This document shows, in pieces, positions 49,841 through 62,851 of a DNA stretch of 64,000 bases. How positions within the stretch are numbered: the first letter of the stretch is position 1; each line of letters begins with the position of its first letter. Below the pieces are notes generated by a model. The model had not been told where the DNA came from, ran no database searches, and saw nothing but the letters and a program-made list of their open reading frames with translations. A program made the translations under genes and the position numbers. Location: the NCBI GenBank assembly GCA_003344405.1, contig NOWV01000249.1, positions 1 through 64,000 on the forward strand, written 5' to 3'. This DNA comes from Trichoplax sp. H2 (lineage: Eukaryota).

Positions 49841-50335
49841 AACGAATGCATTGGGTAATGTGCTGTACTTTAATGAGGTGATTGAGCAATAAGATTGCTG
49901 ATAATTCATTCAAATGCCGCAATGAACGCCTAAAAATTGATTGGAACACAAGACCTACAAGGTAAATGATAACGTATACAATTAAAAAGCATCCCTAATA
50001 AAAGTGATATTAAATTGTATATCAAACTCATCAATAAATGTTTATCGTGTTTTACAACATTCGCAGGGAAACAACGTTGAAACTGATTGCAATATTACCT
50101 CGGTTGATTCAAGCAGCGAACTGAATTGACTGGATTGAAAATATATAACATCGAAAATCTTATCTACTGTATACGAGTATACAGTTTATCACAGTCTAGC
50201 GGCCTTGACTAGTTTATAAGAGATTGGAATACAGCAAGCGTTGGATGCAATCCTGTACTGCACTACTAGAGTAGTAAAAGACTGACTTTATTGATTAGTT
50301 GTTATAACGTTGGTATAGGCTGAAGAGAGTAATCG

Positions 50336-51838
50336 ATGCCTGTTTTGGATAATTTGAACGTCCGTGCTGTGACTGTTGTGGCCACTGTATCAGTTTCTGC
50401 ATATTTTATTTATCGAAAGATCGTTGAACCGTTACATTATTTCGAGCAGATAGGAATTCCTGGTCCCACACCCGTAGCATTTCTTGGAAATCTTCCTGAC
50501 TTGGAGGAGGGTATCCATCTCGCTCATGTTGCTCTAAAAGAGAAGTACGGTAAAGTCTTTGGATTAATCATTGGTAGAAAGCCGCAAATTGTAGTTTGTG
50601 ACGTTAACATACTGCAAAAAATCCTAATCGAAAATTTTAATGGTTTCTGCAATAGAAGAGGATTTCAATTATTACCTTACGATAATTTAAAATATGGCGT
50701 AAATACATTACGTGATCGTGAATGGCGGCGTGTTCGCTCGATCTTGATGCCGGCCTTTACTTTAGAAAGTTGTGAAGAATTAGCCCCCATTATTGCAAAA
50801 TCGTGTAACATACTTCTTATCAAGTTTCTACAGGCATCGTATACTGAACAAGCTCTGAATATCAGCAGTGCTATGAATCAATTTGCAACGGAAATCACGA
50901 TGGTGACGTTATTTGGTCAACCTGGAAAGTTGCAAACTAGTGTAAATGTCAGACCAGACAAGTTAACCATTGCTATCAATTCTATCTTCCGTGTACCTCC
51001 TATGACAAGCTTGCTAATATTGGCCATACCACCGCTGTCGTCCTACTTGCTGAAGATAAATTCTACTGGTTTTCGCTACTTAGAGTCTGTCTGTTATCGA
51101 GCTATACGCCGAAAGCGTGAAAGGATTGCAGAGAAGATGGAATGCCAACGTGACCTATTGCAGCTAATGCTGGAAGCAGATCGTAATGGTAAACTAAATG
51201 ACACTGATATTGCTAGCCAGTCATTAACATACCTATTGACTAGCTATCATCCGTTAAAGAACGGTTTATGCTTCCTTGTGTATTTGATTGCAACGCATAA
51301 AGAGGTTCAAAATAGACTTATTAGGGAAATTGATGAAAATTTGCCAAATCGGGAATTACCGACTCAGAAAGAAATATCAAAATTAGTATATCTAGATGCA
51401 GTTATCAAGGAAACATTAAGACTTTATCCTGCTACCTTTATTTATCATCGTGAAGCTGTTGAAGATTGCTCAATAAATGGATTTTTCTTTCCGAAAGAAG
51501 TAACGATTGCAATTCCAGTGTATGCAATACATCGTGATCCGGAAATATGGCCCAATCCTAGTAGTTTTAGACCGGAAAGATTTTTATCTGATGATGCAAA
51601 TAGTGCAAGACACCCATGTAGCTACTTGCCGTTTGGTGTCGGAGCTAGAGCATGTATGGCTACTCATTTTGTTACAATGATCTTTAAGATGATGCTTGTA
51701 ATAACACTGCGTAGTATCAAATTTAAAACTGTTGCTGAAACTGAAGTGCCATTGTCTACCACATCTTTAGCTAGTTTGCAACCGATGTATGATGTGTATC
51801 TTGGAATTGAAAGAAGAGTATATGTGGATTCGATTTGA
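50336..51838 (+). CDS. Cytochrome P450, CYP3-clan-like, intronless, atypical I-helix
   Basis: GIPGPTP, WRRVR, ETLR, PERF and PFGVGARACMA are intact. The I-helix reads LLTSYHPL. Confidence 0.95.
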   Translation: MPVLDNLNVRAVTVVATVSVSAYFIYRKIVEPLHYFEQIGIPGPTPVAFLGNLPDLEEGIHLAHVALKEKYGKVFGLIIGRKPQIVVCDVNILQKILIENFNGFCNRRGFQLLPYDNLKYGVNTLRDREWRRVRSILMPAFTLESCEELAPIIAKSCNILLIKFLQASYTEQALNISSAMNQFATEITMVTLFGQPGKLQTSVNVRPDKLTIAINSIFRVPPMTSLLILAIPPLSSYLLKINSTGFRYLESVCYRAIRRKRERIAEKMECQRDLLQLMLEADRNGKLNDTDIASQSLTYLLTSYHPLKNGLCFLVYLIATHKEVQNRLIREIDENLPNRELPTQKEISKLVYLDAVIKETLRLYPATFIYHREAVEDCSINGFFFPKEVTIAIPVYAIHRDPEIWPNPSSFRPERFLSDDANSARHPCSYLPFGVGARACMATHFVTMIFKMMLVITLRSIKFKTVAETEVPLSTTSLASLQPMYDVYLGIERRVYVDSI

Positions 51839-52968
51839 TCGCAATATTAGTCTCAGGATTGCTTTTAGTTCTGTAAAGCTGGCAAATAAGTAATATATTT
51901 ATATTTGTGTACATGCTCTGTTAATTTTATACTAATCCATCCTTAAATAGTGACTATTTGGATTGTACTCTTGTAATAAAATAGGTTATTTTATACTGGC
52001 GTAGTTTGTTTTTTGTTTTTTAACTGATACTATCGGCTACCGCACACGTGCTGATGACAGTCACTATTTAGCTACCTATTGGATAATAATCTCTTAGTTC
52101 AATGAGCGTAGTAAAAGTTATGCCATCACCACACATGATTTATGCCTTTGCTACGCAGACATAGAATCATTACATATCCAATAGATAAGGATGACATCTC
52201 ATCCTTACACTATCATTAATTCGCTAAATGTACAAATAATTCACGCGTCCAAGTATATAAATGTATATATACGCGTATTTATGTTTGTAGTTTCTACCAA
52301 ACCAGCAACGCGTTTCATTGAATACTGTTATGTTTGTAGTTTACATAATTGCAAAATAGTTGGGATGAAAAATCAATAATTTTATTTTTAACGTAAAACC
52401 GCAAGGCACAGCAGCAAGTGCAATTGCTATTGATGTTACAAGATAGAAAAGCCACACTTATATACAGTAAGTATTATTAGCGTACGCGTATAACACACAT
52501 TTAATATATTATATATTATATATATATCTACTCTATTTTATAAACGTCCAGTTGTATGTTGATGCAGCAAGAGATTAAGAATTTGGACTTTATTCTATAA
52601 TGCTGATAGCTTAAATATCGCAGTACTACATCTAGTAATATAGGCATTTACATACTGGACTATAATAAGCCGTGCACAGCACACACTGTAAAGCAGTTAG
52701 TCAATACCGTTAAGAGCACGAATTACTATATTATTGTATATTGCAAATGGAGTAGATCACAGTAATCCCAGTTTTACTGCTAAGTGGGATTACCTGAGAG
52801 TGTAACAATGTGATATAGATGGTATTTTAACAATTAATTAGCTGATTCATGGCGATCATTTCACCTGAATTGTTTCATTTTTATATTTTATTTATAATTT
52901 GATGCCGTAAGAATTGCATTTACTTCATTAAAGTTTATCCAGATTGCAGAATAGAGACCGACAGAGAC

Positions 52969-53023
52969 TTGACAGTACCGTAGTTGACAGTACCACGGTT
53001 GACAGTACCTCGGTTGACAGTAC
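52969..53023. repeat. 4 x 15-bp tandem repeat containing TTGACAGTAC
   Basis: ttgacagtaccgtag/ttgacagtaccacgg/ttgacagtacctcgg/ttgacagtac. Confidence 0.9.
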
Positions 53024-53065
53024 AGTACGTTTCCAACCTACTGTATTGAAGGCCAGTCAGTTGAT

Positions 53066-53180
53066 ACTGTACAGTGTACAGTACTGTACTGTACAGTGTG
53101 TACTGTATAGTACAGTATAATTCACTGTCACTTACAGTACAGTACTATACTGTATACAGTACAGTACAACGCACTGTATC
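53066..53180. repeat. TACTG/CAGTA array upstream of CYP 53387
   Basis: tactgtacagtgtacagtactgtactgtacagtgtgtactgtatagtacagta... Confidence 0.85.
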
Positions 53181-53386
53181 TCGAGCACTTACGGTAGATT
53201 TGCCGCCAAGCACGAATGTCTATTGTTGATTTGTTGATGTGTGGATGACCGGCGACAGCACAGGTGCACTGGCAGGTCGCCTACGGAGTTACATAATCGC
53301 AACACGTACGTGTTAATTAATTGATGCGACAAACCGACAGCAAAACACTTTTGATTGCTGAGTTCCAAAACTCAAAATAAACGCAA

Positions 53387-54865
53387 ATGGATGCATCGAA
53401 TGGTTATTTGCCCAATCCAACGATGATGGTCATTGCTGTAACTGTTCTTCTTCTTGGCTTAGCTTATATCTATTTTGTAGCACCATTAGCTTTCTTTAAA
53501 CGACTTGGAATCCCGGGTCCAAAGCCGACTTTGATGTTTGGTAATTTGTTACAAGTTGGTTCTGGAGAACATCTCCTTCATTTACAATGGTCTCAACAGT
53601 ATGGTAAAATATTTGGTCTGTTGTTTGGTAGATTGCCGGTTATTTTTGTGGCAGATCCTGATATGATTAAGGCTATCACTGTTAAATATTCTCAAAATTT
53701 TATCGATCGATGGTCTATTTGTAAGCCTTCACCTCCGTTAGGATTAGGATTGTTCTCCTTGAATGGGCAAGCATGGAGAAGACTTCATAATATGCTGTTA
53801 TCGGTTTTTAACGATGCTGAATTAAAATTAACCATGCCGTACATAACCAAATCGTCATCTACCCTTGTTAGGAAATTACATCAGTCGATTAATCATGGAA
53901 AAGTAATTGATTTATGGCAATATCTTAGCCCCTTCTCTATGGAAGTGATCTTGGCTACATCCTTTGGAATTAAAGTCTCATCACAAGAGAATCCAGACCA
54001 AATGACTCATCAAGCTCGTCAATTATACCGTAATTATAATTTCCGTAATTTAATGCTTGCTATATTGCCACCCACATTATGTAACTGGTTAGATCAACTT
54101 TTCAGCTGGAATAGAATTTCCTACTTAGAGCAAGTATTACGTAAAGCAGTCAAGGAAAGACGTCAGATGCTCAAGGAGGAACATAGTAAGACTTATCCTG
54201 ATTTATTACAAGCCATGTTGAAGATTCAAGATGGTGATAGCTTGACTGATGATGAAGTAATTGGTCAATCAATACAATTTTTATTGACGGGTTGTGAGAC
54301 AACAGCGAGTGCTCTAGCCTTTACTCTTTACCTATTGGCTATGAACCCTGATATTCAGAGGGAATTAAGAAGCGAAATTATGCAGCGCTATTCTATCAAT
54401 GACATCATGACTTTGGATGGTGTCGCCAAGTTGAAATATTTAGATAGGGTCATTTCCGAATCTCTAAGAATGTATCCACCGACTTATTTTTACGTGCATC
54501 AGGCTAATGCTGAAACAATGATCAATGGCTATGTCTTTCCTAAGGGTGTTGGTGTAGCGATACCAGTTTATACAGTGCATCATGACCCTGAATTTTGGCC
54601 TGAACCAGACAACTTTAAGCCGGAAAGATTTGAAACCAACTTGAATAGTAAGCAGCATTCGCATAGCTATCTACCTTTTGGTTCAGGACCAAGAAGTTGT
54701 CTAGGAGCCAAATTCGCTTTACTACAGATCAAGATGGCTTTAATAAAGCTGTTGTTAACATTTCGATTCTATAAAATTGATCAAACTGAAATTCCTTTGC
54801 AAGTTAAGTGTGGTCTAGTACTTTCTCCAAAGAATGGCATCTATCTTGGAATTCACAAATTGTAG
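53387..54865 (+). CDS. Cytochrome P450, CYP3 clan, intronless, 492 aa
   Basis: GIPGPKP, TGCETT, ESLR, PERF, PFGSGPRSCLG. Confidence 0.96.
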   Translation: MDASNGYLPNPTMMVIAVTVLLLGLAYIYFVAPLAFFKRLGIPGPKPTLMFGNLLQVGSGEHLLHLQWSQQYGKIFGLLFGRLPVIFVADPDMIKAITVKYSQNFIDRWSICKPSPPLGLGLFSLNGQAWRRLHNMLLSVFNDAELKLTMPYITKSSSTLVRKLHQSINHGKVIDLWQYLSPFSMEVILATSFGIKVSSQENPDQMTHQARQLYRNYNFRNLMLAILPPTLCNWLDQLFSWNRISYLEQVLRKAVKERRQMLKEEHSKTYPDLLQAMLKIQDGDSLTDDEVIGQSIQFLLTGCETTASALAFTLYLLAMNPDIQRELRSEIMQRYSINDIMTLDGVAKLKYLDRVISESLRMYPPTYFYVHQANAETMINGYVFPKGVGVAIPVYTVHHDPEFWPEPDNFKPERFETNLNSKQHSHSYLPFGSGPRSCLGAKFALLQIKMALIKLLLTFRFYKIDQTEIPLQVKCGLVLSPKNGIYLGIHKL

Positions 54866-56877
54866 TATCGAACTCTTATACACGTATTAGCCTTTCCTGT
54901 AAGATACAGTATACGGGCTTAATGATATCTTGTGTTAATGGACAAATTCATTCCCCATGATCTAACAGTCTTATGTTCGTTACCTTCGTTTCGATAGATA
55001 GTTCTCCTGTCAATCTCAGCTTATTTTCAGCCATTTTTAGTTTTCACAGTTACCAGGTTGCGATTTTCGACGGTAATCTTCTATTATTTAATGAATTCAT
55101 TCCTTCAACATGCCAATATATGCTGTAAAGATATGCCAGTCTTTTCTATCGTGTCGTAAGTAGATCTTGCTGATTTAAACGTTGAAAATATTAAACCTCG
55201 TAGATAATTTTTCGAATCTCACTTCTGTAGAGAAATAGAGATAAATACTGAAAACACTGAATTTCGTTGATAATTTTTTTCGAATCTCGCGTCTGTAGAA
55301 AGATAGGGATATAAATTTCGTATTTATCTTAGTATTTATTGGTTGACTTGAAAATTTTAAAGTATTACACATCCGTAAATCCGAAAGGAAATATAATTTC
55401 AAAATGTATATGTAAGACATATTCCTCTTTCCTTTCCTGTACTATGTATAATTTCAAACTATGGAATATCTAACTGGGTTTTGAGAATACAATTGTTTAA
55501 TTAATCACTTCTCCTTTATGCAATATGCCCGTAGGTTAGTGTTTTCCATGTCTTTATGCTTCTTATTTATCTTATTCAATGATTGAAAATAAGGTTAAGA
55601 TTCCTATTTGTCGTATTATATTAACTAAACACATTTCGATTTACTTTCATTCGATGTAATACATTAATATTTCGCTTACTAATATTAATTTTCTCTGTTA
55701 TATTTAAATGGTCTTACTGTGGGATATATATATACGCTTGCGAATATTCAACCTTAGGTTTGAGTCAATTTCACTCGTGTCCAATCGGAAGTTAACTTAT
55801 AGCTGTAGTTATATTATCCTTCGATGATCGATTCCTGATATATTTATTATTCCTAATAGCTGTTTTACATATCTGTGTACCTACAATATTAATGAATTCG
55901 GAGCTGTTGCAGCCAGTAAATTAGTTGTCTTGTTTATTCTATTGTCTATCATGCTTTCTTGTAATATTTAATGATTATAATTCTTGAAGATAGCGAAATG
56001 AAAATTACTGAAGCATCACGGATAACACATACCACTACTATAAGTGAACGAAAGTGTAGTTTTATATGGACTAAATCGAAGGCAGACCTTAATTAATTCT
56101 GGTGATATGAATGAGTAAAGATCCGTAGATTTATCAGTATAATTTTCAAACCGATCGTATGATTTTTATAGTATCAATGGAATTAATGACTACTAAAATA
56201 TAGATTAAATTTATCATACTGACGTAGAGCCCTTAAGAGTCGCTAATATAAATACTAATCATGCTTGTGCTTTGCAAAGGATTTGCTAAAATCTTTTACT
56301 AGTGCCAGAATTAAGTTCACAATTACGGTTACAGAAACTATACAGTACATGAGCTACTGTAAATTTACAATCTTATAGTAGCTCCAAGTATCATTACAGT
56401 GACTCATGCGGCATTAATTATTACTAAACGTCAATTCTCAAGTATACTTCGTTAACAAAAGAAATTAATTTCATTGTCTATTTGGAGCAAAGCAAATTAA
56501 AACATATTTTTATTCCCACTAATGTATCAAGTGATACAAATAATAATTCAGTACCCAGATATACCAACTGGCCTCCAATTGGTCTTTAATGCGGTTTCAA
56601 TAAATACCGTATAACATTAGCCTTACGCTAAAGTAAGGAACTTTACTGCATTTGTACTAGATTAGCGTAAAAAAAACACGGACTAGAATTGCTAACGGAC
56701 AAAAAATGAGTAAATAGAAATTTTAAACAACGAAACTATTATAAAAATTATTTACTTTAGTCCGTATGAATTCATTGTATGACTTAAATAGCAAGAAGAA
56801 ACATGGGCAAATAAAAATGCATCATTCATTGGTAGAGAAATTATTGCTGCTAATTGCTTCTATTAGGGACATAAAAG

Positions 56878-59800
56878 TTAGTTAGTATTCTTTTTAAGCC
56901 ATGCATCAACAGTAGCTTCATTATCTGTAATCCATTTGATTCTATTTCTGATGGATTCTTGAGATTGATTAACCGCTGTAGCACCTGAACCGACATCAGG
57001 GTTGGCTTTAAAGAAATCTTGCACCTAATTTAAAATAAAATTTATACGATTTTACTCGAGGATATAACCATCAAACTGATAATACCGTATTATTTAAAAT
57101 AAAATTATTAAACTGCGATTTTAATTTACCTGCTTCAATCTGAATTCAGAGGCCCATCTACCAGCAGTACTTCTGATTAATCTACCAAAGGAGAAGAAAC
57201 TTCCACCATAGCTGTAAATGAATAAATAATATTAATAAATTTAATAAAAAACCTCTGTCAATGTAGATAGAATGAATGTTTGTCCATTTGCAGAATTCTT
57301 TAAATAGATAAAATGTGAAATATGAGAAGAGATTGGTCATCAACTATCGATGAAGTAAAATCTTACGTTTTTCTTAAATAGGGCCAATTTTGACGAACAA
57401 AGTCCCATGCCAATGGTCTACCAACAATATTCGCAGAAATATAATCGATAACAATGGTCGTGTCTTGTGATCGGATTTTAGCCGGATTAATCGACCATTG
57501 CAAATATCTGTGTCCATAGATGAATAGTATTAGAGTAAATTCTAGCTGAATCTAACTCCGTTATTTACATCGATAAAGTTACGTATAATACTTTTTATGC
57601 ATCTTTATTTTAATCAGTGATGACATATAGATCAAGGATTACAAATTTGAATTAGCTTCAATGGCTAAGCTCCATCCATTATTGCTCAAATTTATACCTA
57701 TTCAAAATCCATGGAGTGCTGGAATAAGATAGAGCATCTAATATTGTTCGTTTTTCTGAAGCAACATTGGTTTTATAGAAGTATTCATACAAGAAATCCC
57801 AATCACTAACATCTCCAGAAGCTATACCATATCGGTAAACGACAGCTTTCAAGTTAGGAGGGACTCTATTGTAATAAAAATAAAATTTAAATATTTAAAT
57901 CGATTTTAAAATCTTACCTACAAGAATTTAGATTAGTTTTAACACTAGATGAGAGATAGACGTTCTTACGCATTGGCAGCAGAATTGCTCTTGAATGCTT
58001 GGAACATTCTAGTTGCATTGTCGAGGCAAGGTTTATATCCAAGACCACATCCAATAGACATTACTCTTGTTCTCAGCAATCTGAATGTTGTTGATATAAA
58101 TTTAAAATTCTAAAAAACCTGTATGTAATATGTCCATCTTGTGCTAGTAAGACCATTTTAATTTAATAATATTAAATAATTGAAGGAACTATGCATAGTA
58201 AAAATGGAATTAACGCGTTTCTTTTAAGATTATTGTAGTTTTCCTTATATTAAGTTGCCTACTTTTGTGTATGAGAGCCAACATCTTCGAAACGAATGGT
58301 ATCTAACAATGGTTTTAGTTGTTGCAAATAATATTTCTAACAAAATTAGCGAAAAATTATTCAATGTCGCAACAGATTATTAATGCAAAATCTGCGTTTA
58401 AAATTCCTAAACTTTGCATAATCTAATTAAATTCAGATATACAGTATTGCCCATTTATTTATATGCCTATCTTTACCTGGAAACTGCCATAAGATTCTCT
58501 ATATGAAATCATCGAACTTATTTCACCAAGTGCAGCGGTAGCAGTATACCAGGGGATATATGTTGTCTCCTTAGTGAGATATTTAGTAGTTCCCAAAGCA
58601 ATATCATAGGTAGTCTGACCAACTCTAATGGTATTTAAAGTATAAATAACAAATAATCATAAAACAACTGTCGTATATGATATAAATTTAACGCGCTAGT
58701 TTACGATTTATTTAACCTGGCAAGATTGAAGGCATCGTCTATCAAACCACTGATGTCAGTTTTGGGAAATTCCTAAACAAGAAGTAAAATTTTTGAATTA
58801 CTAAAAACTTAAGTTACAAAAATATGTAAAAAGCGCATTAATTGACTTACGTTTGGATTAGTTACTAAAGCACTAATAATTGCATTCCAATTAGAGGCTG
58901 GATAATTGACACGGTAGAAACCAAGTTGGCCAACATTAGCCTTGAGCCAAGTGCCGTCAGGCCAGGTTATTTGAGTATCTTTATTGATCGGAATTATAGA
59001 ATGATTAAAATATTCAGAATAAACCATGTAGTAACAATTATAACAGCTAAATAAAGCTGGAAATAGAATATTGGCAAAGCATAAAGTACGATAGACATAT
59101 TCAAATTGTTTTATTGCAATAATGATGTCAAGGTGAATAAAGCTATTTGTACAGTTGAGCTTAATTGCTACTTACTGGAATTCATTTTAAAAATCGTTGA
59201 TTTAACAGTATTACGATCATCAGCAGTTATGTAAGTGATAGGGATATTCCACTTGTATCTATAAATATTTAATAACATAAACTTGAACTTTAGTATAATA
59301 AGTTGATCAAATACCTTTATTTAACTAGCATTAAAGTTGCCAGCGAGTGTTATATTCTAGTATATTTTTTATTTTATGCAGCAGGGTATCATGTATCGGT
59401 ATTCAACTGTCAGAATCTTCACATGTAACTTAAATTCATGATGAAGTGGTTGGTGATTATAAAGTTAGTCACATATACTTAAATATGCAGTAACTACATA
59501 GAGCGAATATCTCATGTAGCAAGCTTCTACCCTAAGTCTAGGATAGAAATATGAATCTTACCCAAAAGGAGATTTAAATTTAGATGAAGCTGGATCAACA
59601 TCTGGATTTTGCGTAGGATCTAACAAAAAGCGCCTTTGTGTAATGGTAGCTTTACCACCACTGACGTCACCAACAGTTACTACTGGGTATCCCATTTGTA
59701 GTGTCCAAGTATCCATCACTTCAGTAACATTAATATTTCTTGTTGAAGCCTTTTAGATTATAACAATACAGTATAAATCATACGAGCGAATTAATGGACC

Positions 59801-62800
59801 AGATCAAATATAGAATGAACTCTTTTTATAGATTTTACGCTAATTAAGCCGAAATTGGTTCAATTTTAAAGTAAATGTATAATATATATACATGATTTAA
59901 AATCTATAGGCGTAGGAATTTAATAGTTTTGTTAATAAAGATGTGAAATAATAAATAGAGTACCTCTGTTAGGGTTCGCCACAAGTCTCTGGTAACTGCA
60001 TTTTTAAATTCGTATTTCTTCAAGTAATTCTACAATTATTGCGCAAGCATATAAAGGAATTCTGTCACGAATTGATGATGCCTTTCAAATGGAATATTAC
60101 AATTAGTAAAATCAAAAATTTATTTACAGAAATGCCTTTTTGATAGTCTTCGTTGCCCATCATTTGTCTCATCATACTGATGATAGAAGCTCCCTATGAA
60201 ATCATTCAAGTAGCTTAAGTTTCTTGAGTATGAATATACCTTACGTACAATGTTACTATGGAGAAATAAACAACTACTGAATTTAATATGCGTATTATAT
60301 AAATAACGTATCATTGTCTACATTTTCGTATTGAACGTACAAAAAATGAAACTAAATTTACCAAATTTATAGAACATGATTAGCAATGGTTTATATTCTA
60401 CCTTAGAGTATGAAATTGCATCGAAAACCTCATTGATCTCATCGGGATGGTTAACAGTAACCTGAACAGGGTGAGATGTTACAAAAGCATCTAATCCAAA
60501 AGCCCTCTGGTAGTCAAGAGGAACAATTTGTGACATCTATAAAACAATTTATAGAAGAAAAACTATATTGGCTTTATGTTGAATAAATTTGTATTTATCA
60601 CGACAAAAAAATTTAACTTAATTGAATCTATAACATTGCTTATGTTTTTGTAGCACATCTATTCTAGATAAAAAAATATGGGTGATTTGTATTTCTACGT
60701 TGTTTGTACTAAAAATATCCTTTCATGCTTGATGTAAAGGCTTTACACATTTCACTAGTACTAATGCAGTCATGAAGTAAAAGTAAGAAAGTCTAATACC
60801 ATCTCCCAATCAGGTTGGTATTCGTTAACTCCAAGATATTCTGTAAAGCTGGCGAAACCTTCATTTAGCCACAAGTCATCCCACCATCTCATGGTTACTA
60901 AGTTACCAAACCACTGTAAAGAATTAGAAGGTTATCAAATTCACAATTTATTGGATTAGCATGTATTGATTATGGATACATCTACGAAACAAACGGTAAG
61001 ATTAAGAATAGCAATGCTATATAAATGAAATATGGTATACGCGTAAGTATGATTTCACGTAATTTAATTAGACTACTTACTGTACTAATAAATTTTAAGA
61101 AAGTCATCAGTGAACACTAACCATATGAGCTAATTCGTGAGAAACAACAACAGCTACACGTTGTTGATTGCCAGCAGCTGAGACCATTGGATCATATAAC
61201 AAGGCAGTTTCACGATACAAGATGAGACCCCAATTTTCCATAGCACCAGCAGCAAAATCAGGAATAGCTACCATATCTATTGTACGATATTTTGATATAT
61301 GAAAATTTTAGAACTTCATATGGTTGATTAGTAAAGATATTCCACTTAATAACCAAGCATCTAATGAAATTAGCTGAATATCACATCAATATAGTTTCTA
61401 TCACTATTCAAACTTGCTCAATGAGATTATAATACCAAACAATGACAACATAACATTATTATATTAACTTGAGATAGAATAGTTAGTGTGAAGAATGTAG
61501 CATTTAAGTTATATTTGATGAGTTGTTTGACTTATAAGATGTACAGATTATGTTTTAACGAGAAGAAACTGGGTATCTTTGATTAGATTTTGTTAAACTA
61601 ATAGAATTTCTTAAGCAGTATAATTTTGAATTGTTTATAGTATGCAATTCAGGTATATATGCTCAAGCAATAAACACACTCGTAATCAGTTAGAGAAATA
61701 GAATCTTGCATGCCTTGTTTTGGCAGTGGATAGGGAACACCAAAGAAATCTTCAAAGTATTCAGTTATATTGACGCCTCCAATCAATGCAAATGAGCTTT
61801 GATTAATGGTATGAGGGGTAGACCAAACGCGAACCTGAAAGGTACCAATTAAATAATGCATTTTTTAGTAGCGAGATATATTTCATTGTAGTATAAGTTA
61901 TGCTACAAGTTACAAATTTTGCTGTCTTCATAATTATATCAATTAGATCCATTATAACAACAAACATTTACCGGTAGATTAGTTTTGGTTCTTAATTCTC
62001 TGAATTCGAAATCTGAGATTACGAAAGCCAGTAAGTAAGAACTCATTCGGAGGCTTCCTATAAATCAAAAAAGGCAAATATATAATTGCTAAGCTGCGCA
62101 ATTTTAAGCATAATTTGTGAGAATTAGTCAACATATTGCCATTGATATCGTATAATAGAAGCACTATTAAAGTAGTATCTCTATTTTATCCTGGTAATGT
62201 TTGTGGTAATAGGTATCTATGGAGTATTATACTATAGAAATGACTATAGTACGATATCTATGAAATTGAGGCGTAAGGACTAAAGTGCAGGGAGTATAAT
62301 AGATACAGGTATTGTTGAGATTTATTTCATTTAATGTATGGTAGGCATGGTAAATCATTGCAGATTGTTGCAAAATTTAGTTCTTCACAATTTCAATTTA
62401 ATTATATGTTGCTTCGAAAAAGGACTAGCAGTTAGTATAAATTCTTAACAAGAAACAAATCAACAGCAATAAAACACACTTATATCTAATGTATAAGAAA
62501 TTTAAAATAATATCGCTATTAAAAACGATAACAATTTTGAGGCTAAAACAAAAATTATTAATAGTATGCTTTATAACGTTTGAAGATAGATTAAATTTTA
62601 TAACTGTAAACAATTGCTCTTACTATCTTAGTAACATTGGATGATCGTGCTTCCTCTTACTTTGATAAGTTTTTGTAAGATATCCAGGTCGAGTAGCTGC
62701 TACCGATGTTAATTCTGGCATATTCCATAAAGCTCCATAATTATTGGGGACACTAATTGTGGCTGTAAACATTGCCTTCAATTCCGGCTCATCCAACAAT

Positions 62801-62851
62801 GGTATGATCTTACGGGCATCAGTAGGTTGACATTGACTGGCTGCTAGCCAT
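56878..62851 (-). CDS. M1 family zinc aminopeptidase (aminopeptidase A/N-like), multi-exon, 5'-partial
   Basis: Exons encode [92 protein letters not shown] and GFYRVNY. Stop TAA at 56880-56878. N-terminal exons were not found in the window. Confidence 0.93.

Noticed and set aside
52969..53023. Repeat-spacer pattern resembling CRISPR
   Set aside because: Eukaryotic context, 10-bp repeats with 5-bp spacers, and no cas genes.
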